The notes beneath the pieces were generated by a model. The model worked only from the letters and a program-made list of their open reading frames with translations, did not search any database and was not told the origin of the DNA. The translations under genes and the position numbers were made by a program. Positions 1 to 8,572 of a stretch of 64,000 nt of DNA are shown here, piece by piece. The number at the start of each line of letters is the position of its first letter. The stretch's first letter is position 1. The DNA comes from an uncultured Eubacteriales bacterium (GTDB taxonomy: Bacteria > Bacillota > Clostridia > Christensenellales > Aristaeellaceae), in contig CADASI010000021.1 of NCBI GenBank assembly GCA_902790525.1, forward strand, positions 6,226 through 70,225, read 5' to 3'.

Positions 1-1
1 G

Positions 2-1252
2 GTCGTCGAGGCCGTGCCGAACGAGGGCCAGTTTGAGGGCCAGGAGCTGAGCATACTGGTGTCCGCGGACTGGATGGGCAGCCGCTACGACGAGACCATC
101 GCCCGGTTCGAGGAGACCTACGGCGTCACCGTGGACCTGCAGACCCTGCCCGCCGACCAGTACTTCAACGTGCTGACCAGCGACCTGGACAACGGCACCT
201 GCCCCGACGTGTTCTGGATCCAGTCCAACCCCGTGGGCGCCATCGAGTCCATGATCGGCGACCCGGAGAACCGCTGCATCGACTTCACCGGCGCCGACTG
301 GCAGAACGTCATGCCCGAGTCCCGGCAGTCCGCCTGCATCTCGAACGGCAAGCTGTACGGCCTTCAGATCTGGCACAACAGCCCCGAGTACGTCATGGTC
401 TACAACAAGACCCTGTTTGACGAGATGGGCCTGACCGCTCCCACCACCTACGCCGAGCTCAAGGACGTCTGCGCGAAGATCGCCGAGGCCGGCATCACCC
501 CGTGGTTCATGGCGGGCGCGGACGGCTGGCGTCACCAGCTGGCGTTCTTCCAGATCGGCGGCGTGTACGAGGAGGCCCAGCCCGGCCTGTACGAGGCGCT
601 GAACACCAACCAGGCCACCTTCGCCGGCAACGAGAAGATGCTGGAGGTGCTGGGGCAGTTCAAGGAGCTTTCCGACCTCGGTTACTTCGGCGAGGACTGG
701 ATCGGCACCGATTCCGCCAACCAGTCCAACGAGTTCGGCGACCGCAACATCGCCTTCACCATTGAGAACTCCTCCACCATCAAGCAGATCAAGGACGACA
801 CCGGCACCACCGACGAGTTCGGCCTGTTCCTGATCCCGCTGGGCGACAACACCTGGTACACCACCAGCCCCGCCGGCCCCACCATGTTCGGCTACAAGGG
901 CACCGAGCACGAGGACCTGGTGCGCGCGTGGTTCCAGTTCGTCTGCACGCCGGAAAGCCTGCAGGAGATCCTGGACAACTCCCCCAAGTACACCAACCTG
1001 CACGTGAACGTGGACATCGAGCAGCATTGGCTGCCCGAGGAAGAGGAATTCATGAAGACCATCCCGCCGGAGAAGATGGAGTGCTGCGTGCTGCAGAACG
1101 GCACCAAGTACACCAACGACTACTGGATGCAGTTCGGTCAGGACATGATCGAGTACATCCAGGGCGGCATCGACGCCAACGAGGTGCTCGCCCGCATGGA
1201 CGGCTACCGCGCTGAGGCCGCCGCCACCGTCGGCGACGAGTACTGGAAGTAA
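2..1252 (+). CDS. ABC transporter extracellular solute-binding protein (carbohydrate type), 5' end outside window
   Basis: Frame is open back to the window edge upstream of the first ATG at 14. The ~410-aa SBP-like sequence is followed directly by two MalF/MalG-type permease genes. Confidence 0.85.
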   Translation, partial: VVEAVPNEGQFEGQELSILVSADWMGSRYDETIARFEETYGVTVDLQTLPADQYFNVLTSDLDNGTCPDVFWIQSNPVGAIESMIGDPENRCIDFTGADWQNVMPESRQSACISNGKLYGLQIWHNSPEYVMVYNKTLFDEMGLTAPTTYAELKDVCAKIAEAGITPWFMAGADGWRHQLAFFQIGGVYEEAQPGLYEALNTNQATFAGNEKMLEVLGQFKELSDLGYFGEDWIGTDSANQSNEFGDRNIAFTIENSSTIKQIKDDTGTTDEFGLFLIPLGDNTWYTTSPAGPTMFGYKGTEHEDLVRAWFQFVCTPESLQEILDNSPKYTNLHVNVDIEQHWLPEEEEFMKTIPPEKMECCVLQNGTKYTNDYWMQFGQDMIEYIQGGIDANEVLARMDGYRAEAAATVGDEYWK

Positions 1253-1265
1253 TCCCAATCACGCG

Positions 1266-1307
1266 AAGGCCGGGCATCGATATCGTATATAGTCGGTGCC
1301 CGGCCTT
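1266..1307 (+). other. intercistronic stem-loop (11-bp perfect stem, no T-run)
   Basis: AAGGCCGGGCA at 1266-1276 pairs with TGCCCGGCCTT at 1297-1307, between the SBP stop and the permease start. Confidence 0.45.
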
Positions 1308-1331
1308 ATGCAACAAGAGGGTGTCGAGGGC

Positions 1332-2210
1332 ATGAACAAGAAGAAAGTCTATCCCCAGTGGTTCCTGCTATTGCCGCTGGCGCTGTACGCGCTGTTTTTC
1401 CTGCTCCCAAGCGTACTGGGCGTATTCTATTCCTTTACGGACTGGAGCAAGAGCACGCCGAAGAACGGCCTGCACTTCGTGGGCCTCAAGAATTACATCG
1501 AAATCTTCACCTCCAACAAGAGCTATTCCAGCGGCATACTGAATACGCTGAAGTTCACGGTCGTGTCCAACATCATCAAGATCGTGCCCGCGCTGTTTTT
1601 GGCGATCGTGCTCTTCGAGGGCATGAGGGGCATGGGCGCGTACCGCACGATATTCTACCTGCCCTCGATCATACCCTTCGTGATCATCGGCATCATCTTT
1701 ACCTCCGTGCTGAACTTCAAAAACGGCATGCTCAACGGCGCGCTGCAGGCCGTCGGGCTGGGGTTTCTCAAACAGAAATGGCTGTCGGACCTGAACGTGG
1801 TGTGGAAGTCGATCTACCTGGTGGACGCCTGGCGCGGCATGGGGTACGTGATGACCATCTTCATGACCGGCCTGAGCGCCATCGACAAGACCTACTACGA
1901 GGCCGCCAAGGTGGACGGCGCCAACTTCTGGCAGCGGCTGTGGAACGTGACCCTGCCGATGATGCGCGGGGCCATCATGATCAACCTGGTGTTCGGCGTG
2001 ACCTACGGCCTCAAGGTGTTCGACATCATCTACGTGCTCACCAACGGCGGCCCCGGCCACGCCACCGAGGTCATGACCACCTACTCCTTCCAGTTCTACG
2101 GCGCGGGGCAGTACGGCATGGCAACGGCCTTCAACTCCATACTGCTGCTGATCACCGCCGTGGCGGGCATACTGATCGTCCGCGGGATGAGCCGAAAGGG
2201 GGTCGCCTGA
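1332..2210 (+). CDS. sugar ABC transporter permease (MalF/UgpA-like)
   Basis: Multi-TM protein with a basic N-terminus, MNKKKVYPQWFLLLP. Start chosen at the ATG downstream of the hairpin; the ORF also opens at 1296. Confidence 0.9.
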   Translation: MNKKKVYPQWFLLLPLALYALFFLLPSVLGVFYSFTDWSKSTPKNGLHFVGLKNYIEIFTSNKSYSSGILNTLKFTVVSNIIKIVPALFLAIVLFEGMRGMGAYRTIFYLPSIIPFVIIGIIFTSVLNFKNGMLNGALQAVGLGFLKQKWLSDLNVVWKSIYLVDAWRGMGYVMTIFMTGLSAIDKTYYEAAKVDGANFWQRLWNVTLPMMRGAIMINLVFGVTYGLKVFDIIYVLTNGGPGHATEVMTTYSFQFYGAGQYGMATAFNSILLLITAVAGILIVRGMSRKGVA

Positions 2211-2211
2211 C

Positions 2212-3051
2212 ATGGTCAACAGCTCGGCAAGGCGGCGCATGCAGCTGGCTGCCATACTCAAGCAGCTGGTGTGCGTGCTTCTGTCCCTGGCGGTGCTCGC
2301 GCCGCTGTATCTGGTGCTCATCAACTCCTTCAAGACCAAGAGCGAGGCCGCCCGCATGAACCTGAACCTGCCCACCCAGTGGGTGTTCACCAACTACGCG
2401 GAGGTCATCAAAAAGGCCAAGCTGATGACGGGCTTCGGCAACAGCGTGCTCTACGCCTTCGCCTCCACCACCGCGGGGGTGCTGCTGTGCGCCATGGCGG
2501 CCTACGTGTTGAGCCGCAAGCGCACGAAGCTCAACAACTTCATCTACTACTTCTTCATCTGCGGGCTGTTCTTCCCGGTGAACTACGTCACGCTGGTGCG
2601 GGTGTTCCAGTGGATGCGCCTGACCAACACCCACCTGGGCATCATCCTCGTGTTCACCAGCGCCATGATCCCGTTTTGCGTGTTTACGATCTACAGCTTC
2701 GTGGAGACCATCCCCACCGAGCTCGACGAGGCCGCGGTGATCGACGGCGCGCCGCCCGCGATGATGTTCTTTAGGGTGATACTTCCGCTTCTCAAGCCCA
2801 CGCTGATGACCTGCTTCATCCTCCAGTTCATGGGCGTATGGAACGACTTCCTGACGCCGCTGTACCTGTCCTCCAAGAGCAAGCTGTTCCCGATGACCAT
2901 GTCGGTGTACCAGTTCTTCGGCAAGGAGGGCAGCAACTGGAACTACGTGTTCGCCGACATCGTGATGACCGTCATCCCCGTGGTGGCCGTGTACGCCGTC
3001 GGGCAGCGCTACATCATCGGCGGCGTGACCGCCGGCGCGGTGAAGGGATGA
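2212..3051 (+). CDS. sugar ABC transporter permease (MalG/UgpE-like)
   Basis: 279-aa TM protein immediately after the first permease, with a GAAAGGGGG RBS upstream. Confidence 0.9.
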   Translation: MVNSSARRRMQLAAILKQLVCVLLSLAVLAPLYLVLINSFKTKSEAARMNLNLPTQWVFTNYAEVIKKAKLMTGFGNSVLYAFASTTAGVLLCAMAAYVLSRKRTKLNNFIYYFFICGLFFPVNYVTLVRVFQWMRLTNTHLGIILVFTSAMIPFCVFTIYSFVETIPTELDEAAVIDGAPPAMMFFRVILPLLKPTLMTCFILQFMGVWNDFLTPLYLSSKSKLFPMTMSVYQFFGKEGSNWNYVFADIVMTVIPVVAVYAVGQRYIIGGVTAGAVKG

Positions 3052-3053
3052 AG

Positions 3054-3077
3054 CAGGGAGTAGGGAGTAGGGGTTAC
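3054..3077 (+). repeat. heptamer tandem repeat GGGAGTA GGGAGTA GGGG
   Basis: Read directly; it begins 3 nt after the permease stop codon. Confidence 0.8.
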
Positions 3078-3099
3078 GAGAACGACAGGAGGCTAATTG

Positions 3100-4263
3100 A
3101 TGCTCTACAAAAACGATTGGAAAGAAACCCGGGAGAAATGGGTCAACTACTGGAAGCAGTGCAACACCGGGCGGCCGCTGATGCACGTACTGGCGCGCAG
3201 GCCGGAGATGGAGCAATACGTGGACCGGCCCGTTCCGGGCGGCGTGAACGACTCTATCATCTGCCAGGGGCGCTACTACACGCTGCCGGAGGGTCTCTGG
3301 TGGCGCGATCTTGACGACAAGTACCTGAATGCCCGCGGGCTGGTCGAGCGCTACCGGGTGTTCTGCGAGCACCATCTGTTCCTGGCGGAGAGCTTTCCGA
3401 ACCTGGACGTGTGCCTGGGCCCCGGTTCCACCGCGGCCTATCTGGGCAGCGACGTGGGCTTCTCCGAGAACACCATATGGTTCAAGCCCTGCGTGGAGGA
3501 GGACTGGGACGACCACCCGGAGATACGCTTCGATCCCGAAAATCGCTGGTTCAGCCGCCATCTCAAGCTGGTGGCCGACGCCCGTCGGCTGATGGGCGAC
3601 GACGTGCTGCTGGACCTGCCGGACCTCATGGAGAACCTGGACGTGCTGTCCTCGCTGCGGGGCGCGCAGGAGCTGATGATGGACCTGATCGAGGACCCGG
3701 ACATGGTCAAAGCGCGGGTGGATCAGGTCACGAAGGCCTATTTCCCGATCTTTGACGCCTTCTACGATCAGGTGAAGGATGCCGAGGGCGGCAATGCCTA
3801 CAACTGCTTCCAGATCTGGGCCCCCGGCAGGCTTGCGAAGCTCCAGTGCGACGCCTCGGCCATGATGTCCACGGAGATGTTCGACGACTTCGTGCTGGAC
3901 TCCCTGCGGACCCAGACCGAATACCTGGACTTCTCCATGTACCACCTGGACGGCCCCGGGGCCATCAAGCACCTGGACAGCCTGATGAGCCTTGAACGCC
4001 TCAACGCCTTACAGTGGACCCCCGGCGAGCCCGGCCCCGACGGCACCCAGCCCCAGTGGGACATCGTGTACGACAAGGCCACCGCCGCGGGCAAGTCCAT
4101 ATGGGTGCACGTGTGCAACGGCGGCGTGGACGACTGGATCCGCGGCACCGACCACATCGTGCAGCGCTACGGCGCGAAGGGCACGTTCCTTTGGTACCCC
4201 GAGATGTCGTTGAAGGACGCCGAGAAGCTGCTGAGCTACGCGGACGCGCACTGGCGTTCGTGA
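3100..4263 (+). CDS. conserved hypothetical protein, possibly URO-D/MtaA-like TIM-barrel (function uncertain)
   Basis: 388-aa ORF with an AGGAGG RBS 7 nt upstream of the ATG at 3100 (a TTG lies at 3097). Co-oriented with the sugar ABC operon. The family assignment is only a recollection. Confidence 0.7.
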   Translation: MLYKNDWKETREKWVNYWKQCNTGRPLMHVLARRPEMEQYVDRPVPGGVNDSIICQGRYYTLPEGLWWRDLDDKYLNARGLVERYRVFCEHHLFLAESFPNLDVCLGPGSTAAYLGSDVGFSENTIWFKPCVEEDWDDHPEIRFDPENRWFSRHLKLVADARRLMGDDVLLDLPDLMENLDVLSSLRGAQELMMDLIEDPDMVKARVDQVTKAYFPIFDAFYDQVKDAEGGNAYNCFQIWAPGRLAKLQCDASAMMSTEMFDDFVLDSLRTQTEYLDFSMYHLDGPGAIKHLDSLMSLERLNALQWTPGEPGPDGTQPQWDIVYDKATAAGKSIWVHVCNGGVDDWIRGTDHIVQRYGAKGTFLWYPEMSLKDAEKLLSYADAHWRS

Positions 4264-4287
4264 CAGAGATATAAGGAGAGACGAAGC

Positions 4288-5019
4288 ATGAAACAGCCGC
4301 ACATCGCGCTGGACGAATCGCTGGGGATCAAATACGCCATACTGCCCGGCGATCCCGCCCGCATCGACCGCATCGTGCCCTTCCTGGAGGCCCCGGAGGC
4401 GCTCGCGTACAACCGGGAATTCCGTAGCGTCCGCGGGCGCTACAAGGGCGTGGACGTGCTGGCGCTGTCCACGGGCATCGGCGGCTGCTCCGCCGGCATC
4501 GCCGTGGAGGAGCTTCACAACATCGGCGTGCGCGCGGCCATCCGCGTGGGCTCCTGCGGCGCGCTGCAAGCGGGCATCGGCCTGGGCGAGCTGATCATCG
4601 TGTCCGGCGCGGTGCGCGACGACGGCGCGTCCAGGGCCTATGTGCCCGAGATGTACCCCGCCTGCGCGGATATCGGGCTTTTAAGGTGCATACTCGACGC
4701 CGCCGACGCGCTGGGCGTGCGGTATCACGAGGGCGTCGCCCACAGCCACGAGAGCTTCTATCACGACGCGGCGGACGACGTGAGCGCGTACTGGTCGAAG
4801 AAGGGCGTGCTGGGCGCGGACATGGAGAGCGCCGCGCTTTTGACCATCGGCCGCCTGCGCGGCATGAAGGCCGCCGCGATACTCAACAACGTGGTGCTCT
4901 GCGGCGCGGACACCGCCGACGCCGTCGGCGATTACGTGACGGCGAATCCGCGACCGCCCGCGGCGAGCGCGACGAGATCCGCGTGGCGCTGGAGGCGTTT
5001 GTACGATATGAGGGAGTAG
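4288..5019 (+). CDS. nucleoside phosphorylase, PNP/UDP family (uridine phosphorylase-like); C-terminus apparently frameshifted
   Basis: PNP_UDP_1-type motifs are present (STGIGGCSAGIAVEEL, VGSCGAL, GADMESAAL). The last ~25 codons look out of frame. The +1 frame gives ..DGESATARGERDEIRVALEAFVRYE and ends at 5033. Confidence 0.85.
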   Translation: MKQPHIALDESLGIKYAILPGDPARIDRIVPFLEAPEALAYNREFRSVRGRYKGVDVLALSTGIGGCSAGIAVEELHNIGVRAAIRVGSCGALQAGIGLGELIIVSGAVRDDGASRAYVPEMYPACADIGLLRCILDAADALGVRYHEGVAHSHESFYHDAADDVSAYWSKKGVLGADMESAALLTIGRLRGMKAAAILNNVVLCGADTADAVGDYVTANPRPPAASATRSAWRWRRLYDMRE

Positions 5020-5035
5020 GGAGTAGGGAGTAGGG
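5012..5035 (+). repeat. heptamer tandem repeat (GGGAGTA)x3 + GGG; G3N4 x4 G-quadruplex motif
   Basis: GGG AGTA GGG AGTA GGG AGTA GGG read directly; it overlaps the stop codons of both candidate frames of the PNP/UDP gene. Confidence 0.85.
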
Positions 5036-5058
5036 AAATCCTCCGGAAAGTATAAACT

Positions 5059-6417
5059 ATGAATCAAAACTATTACCGGCCGATCATGAAGCTGACGGTC
5101 CCCATCATACTGCAAAACCTGCTGAGCACCGCGGTGAGCTCGGCGGACGTAATCATGCTGAACTACGTGGGGCAGGCGCACATCGCGGCGGTGTCGCTGG
5201 CGGCGCACTATACCGGCATACTGTTCATGATCCTCTACGGCATCGGCACCGGGGTGACCATGCTCTGCGCCCAGTACTACGGCAAGAGGGACATGCGGGC
5301 CATCCACCTGGTGCAGGGCATCGCGCTGCGCTTCTCGATGAGCTGCGGCGCGCTGTTCGCGCTGGGGGCGATGCTGTTTCCGCAGGCCATGATGCGGGTG
5401 TTCACCCACGATCCGGAGCTGATACGCATCGGCGCGCAGTACTTAAGCCGCATCAGCGTGGCCTACCTGTGCATGGGCATCAGCGAGATCTACCTGGCGA
5501 CGCTGCGCAGCATCGGGCGGGTGGCCATCTCCACGGCGCTCAACACCTTCGCCTTCTCCCTCAACATACTGCTCAACGCGGTGTTCATATTCGGGCTGTT
5601 CGGCGCGCCGAGGCTGGGGGCTATGGGCGTGGCGCTGGCGACCTCCGTCTCCCGCGCGCTGGAGCTAATGCTGTGCGCGCTCGTCTCCGCCCGGAGCCGG
5701 GACGTGAAGCTGAAGCTCTCCGACATGTTTGAATCCAACGCCCTGCTGTTGAAGGACTTCATTCGCATGGCGCTGCCCGCCGTGCTCAACGACGCCTCCT
5801 GGGGCCTGGCCTTCTCGATGTACTCGGTGGTGATCGGCCACTTCCTGGGCAGCGACATGGTGGCGGCCAATTCCTTCGCCCACATGGCGCACAGCTTCGG
5901 CACGATACTGGCGTTCAGCGTGGCCAGCGGGGGCAGCATACTGCTGGGGCAGCTGATCGGCGAGAACCGGCTGGCGCATGCCGAACGCGCCGCCGCCGAC
6001 CTGATGCGCCTGACGGTGCTGTTCGGGGCCATCGGCGGGGTGATCATACTGCTGGCGCGGCCGGTCATGCTGAATTTTGCCGACCTGAACGAGACGGGCA
6101 AGGGCTACCTGAGCGTCATGCTGCTCATCTGCTCGTATTACGTGATGGGCGCGGCGGTCAATACCACGCTGATCGCGGGGGTGTTCCGCGCGGGCGGCGA
6201 CAGCCGGTGGGGCTTCATCTGCGATACCATCGACATGTGGGGCTACGGCGTGCCGCTGGCCTTCCTGTCCGCCGCGGTGCTCAGGCTACCGCCCATGTGG
6301 GTGTACTTCCTGATGTGCACGGACGAGTTTGTCAAGTGGCCGTGGGTGATCGGGCATTACCGGAGCAAGAAGTGGCTTAAGAACATCACGCGGGACGATT
6401 TGTACGATGCAAAATAA
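5059..6417 (+). CDS. MATE family efflux transporter
   Basis: 452 aa, 12-TM pattern, with the MATE-typical N-terminus ..PIILQNLLSTAVSSADVIML. Confidence 0.9.
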   Translation: MNQNYYRPIMKLTVPIILQNLLSTAVSSADVIMLNYVGQAHIAAVSLAAHYTGILFMILYGIGTGVTMLCAQYYGKRDMRAIHLVQGIALRFSMSCGALFALGAMLFPQAMMRVFTHDPELIRIGAQYLSRISVAYLCMGISEIYLATLRSIGRVAISTALNTFAFSLNILLNAVFIFGLFGAPRLGAMGVALATSVSRALELMLCALVSARSRDVKLKLSDMFESNALLLKDFIRMALPAVLNDASWGLAFSMYSVVIGHFLGSDMVAANSFAHMAHSFGTILAFSVASGGSILLGQLIGENRLAHAERAAADLMRLTVLFGAIGGVIILLARPVMLNFADLNETGKGYLSVMLLICSYYVMGAAVNTTLIAGVFRAGGDSRWGFICDTIDMWGYGVPLAFLSAAVLRLPPMWVYFLMCTDEFVKWPWVIGHYRSKKWLKNITRDDLYDAK

Positions 6418-6454
6418 AAAAAGGGTTCCGCGGCATTGTGCCGCGGGACCCTTT
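6415..6454. terminator. bidirectional Rho-independent terminator between convergent genes
   Basis: A-run, then GGGTTCCGCGGCA / TGCCGCGGGACCC stem, then TTT. Confidence 0.65.
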
Positions 6455-6456
6455 GA

Positions 6457-8439
6457 TCATCCGACCCTGACGGCGGCGTGCCCCGTCAGCGCCTCGGTGC
6501 GCGCGTCGGGCTGGCCGAGGCCGATGTAGAAGGCGGGCGCGCCTTCGTCCACGGTGTGGCCCGCGCCGTCCACGACCCGGAGGCGTTCGGCGGGGATGTC
6601 CAGCGCGACTTTGACGGCCTGCCCGGCGGGCACATGCACCCGCTTGAAGGCGCACAGCCTCGGGTTGCGCGGGGCGTCTTTGGCCCCCTCGTTCTGCACG
6701 TACACCTGCACGACCTCGTCGGTGTCCATGGCGCCGCGGTTCTCGACGGTGGCCTCGACGCCGCCCGCCGTGCGCCGGGCCCCGGTCACGGCGCAGTCGC
6801 CGTAGGTCAGCCCGTAGCCGAAGGGGTACAGCGGTTCCTCCTCGATGTAGCGGTAGGTGCGGCCCCGCATGGCGTAGTCGGTGAACTCCGGCATGCGCCC
6901 GAGCTGTTCGTTTTTGTAGAAGGTGACCGGCAGCTCCTTCTCGGCGGCGTTGCCCAGGTCGATGGCGCTGCCCGCCATCAGCACGATGACGGTGGGCTTG
7001 CCGACCCTCAGCACGGCGTCCATCAGCGCCCGCTGGCCCTCGGGCAGCAGCAGGTCCAGCTTGTCGCCGGAGGCGGCGGCGTTGCCGGTGTCGCCCTCCT
7101 CGCCCTCCAGCGTCTCGTCCAGGCCGACCACCAGCGCCACGGCGTCGGAGCGCTCCGCCACCGACAGCGCCTCGGCGATGCCGTCGTTGGGCTGGCTCAG
7201 GTTCTCCAGCCGGTTCCTGGACAGGTGGCTGCCCTCGGCGTACAGCACGCGGGCGCGGCCCTCCAGCGCGTCCTGCAGGCCCTCCAGCACGGTGACGTAG
7301 CGGGAAGACGTGCCGTGGTAGTTGCCCACCAGCGCGGCGCGGCTGTTGGCGTTGGGGCCGATCACGCCCAGGGTTTTGACGCCCTTGAGCGGCAGCATGC
7401 CGTCGTTTTTCAGAAGCACGCAGCTCTTCCGGGCGGCCTCCTCGGCCTTCTGAAGGTGCGCCGGGCACTCGATCACGTCGGGGGAGATGGTGTCGAAATC
7501 GCTGCCCGTGTCCGCCATGATGCCCAGCATGTAGCGGCAGGTGAACAGCCGAACGGCGGCGCGGCGGATCATCTCCTCGGTGATCAGGCCCTTCTCGAGT
7601 GCCTTGAGGATGTACAGATAGGTGTTGCCGCAATTCACGTCGCAGCCCTTCTCGAGGGCCAGCGCGGCGGATTCCTCGGGGGTGTCGGTGACCATGTGAC
7701 CGGTGTGGAAGTCCCGTATGGCCCAGCAATCGGACACGAAGTGGCCCTCGAAGCCCCAGCGGTTGCGCAGAAGGTCCATCAGCGCGGCGCTGGCGCAGGC
7801 GGGCTCGCCGTTGACGCGGTTGTACGCGCCCATCACGGCCTCCACCCCGGCGTCCACCAGCGCATGGAAGGCGGGCAGGTAGGTCTCGGCCATGTCCTTT
7901 TGGGAGGCCACGGCGTCGAAGCGGTGCCTCAGCGCCTCCGGCCCGGAGTGCACCGCGAAGTGCTTGGCGCAGGCGGCGGACTTCATGGTGTCGCCCTCGC
8001 CCTGTAACCCCTTGACGTACTGCACGCCCAGCTCGGCGGTCAGCACGGGGTCCTCGCCGTAGGTCTCGTGGCCCCGGCCCCAGCGGGGGTCGCGGAAGAT
8101 GTTCACATTGGGGGACCAGAAGGTCAGCCCCTTGTAGATGTCCCGGTCGCCATGGGCGGCGGCGGCGTTGTACTTGGCGCGGCCCTCGGTGGCGGCGATG
8201 TCGCCCAGCGCCCGCACCAGCGCGGGGTCGAAGGTCGCGGCGATGCCGATGGCCTGGGGGAAGCTGGTGGCCACGCCCGCGCGGGCCACGCCGTGCAGCG
8301 CCTCGTTCCACCAGTTGTAGGCGGGCACGCCCAGCCGCTCGATGGCCGGCGCGTCGTAGCGCAGCTGGCTCGCCGCCTCCTCCACCGTCATGCGGCCGAC
8401 CAGCGCCTCGGCCCGCGCCCTGGCCTGCTCTCGTGTCAT
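6457..8439 (-). CDS. glycoside hydrolase family 3 (beta-glucosidase/beta-xylosidase type)
   Basis: Contains GH3 signatures: WSPNVNIFRDPRWGRGHETYGEDP, KHFAVHSGPE, GFEGHFVSDCWA. Confidence 0.9.
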   Translation of the reverse strand: MTREQARARAEALVGRMTVEEAASQLRYDAPAIERLGVPAYNWWNEALHGVARAGVATSFPQAIGIAATFDPALVRALGDIAATEGRAKYNAAAAHGDRDIYKGLTFWSPNVNIFRDPRWGRGHETYGEDPVLTAELGVQYVKGLQGEGDTMKSAACAKHFAVHSGPEALRHRFDAVASQKDMAETYLPAFHALVDAGVEAVMGAYNRVNGEPACASAALMDLLRNRWGFEGHFVSDCWAIRDFHTGHMVTDTPEESAALALEKGCDVNCGNTYLYILKALEKGLITEEMIRRAAVRLFTCRYMLGIMADTGSDFDTISPDVIECPAHLQKAEEAARKSCVLLKNDGMLPLKGVKTLGVIGPNANSRAALVGNYHGTSSRYVTVLEGLQDALEGRARVLYAEGSHLSRNRLENLSQPNDGIAEALSVAERSDAVALVVGLDETLEGEEGDTGNAAASGDKLDLLLPEGQRALMDAVLRVGKPTVIVLMAGSAIDLGNAAEKELPVTFYKNEQLGRMPEFTDYAMRGRTYRYIEEEPLYPFGYGLTYGDCAVTGARRTAGGVEATVENRGAMDTDEVVQVYVQNEGAKDAPRNPRLCAFKRVHVPAGQAVKVALDIPAERLRVVDGAGHTVDEGAPAFYIGLGQPDARTEALTGHAAVRVG

Positions 8440-8572
8440 GGCTGTTCCTCCTCTGATATACGGAAATCTCTACCATAACAATACCCCCTTGAACGCATCC
8501 TTGTCAAGGGAGATTTACTTTAATGCAAAAAGGGATTATAATTGTCACAACAGATGATGAGGAGGCGGCGCT

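Noticed and set aside
2152-3972. 606-aa minus-strand ORF. Similar long ORFs lie at 6386-8476, 6478-8007, 15678-16760, 19938-21707, 28342-30321, 31003-32658, 41779-43830, 45833-47545, 48875-50407 and 52082-54286.
   Set aside because: These are shadow ORFs typical of high-GC DNA. They lie antisense or out of frame to genes with clear family signatures. They are rich in R/G/A/H/P/V, have no RBS, and have no recognisable motifs.
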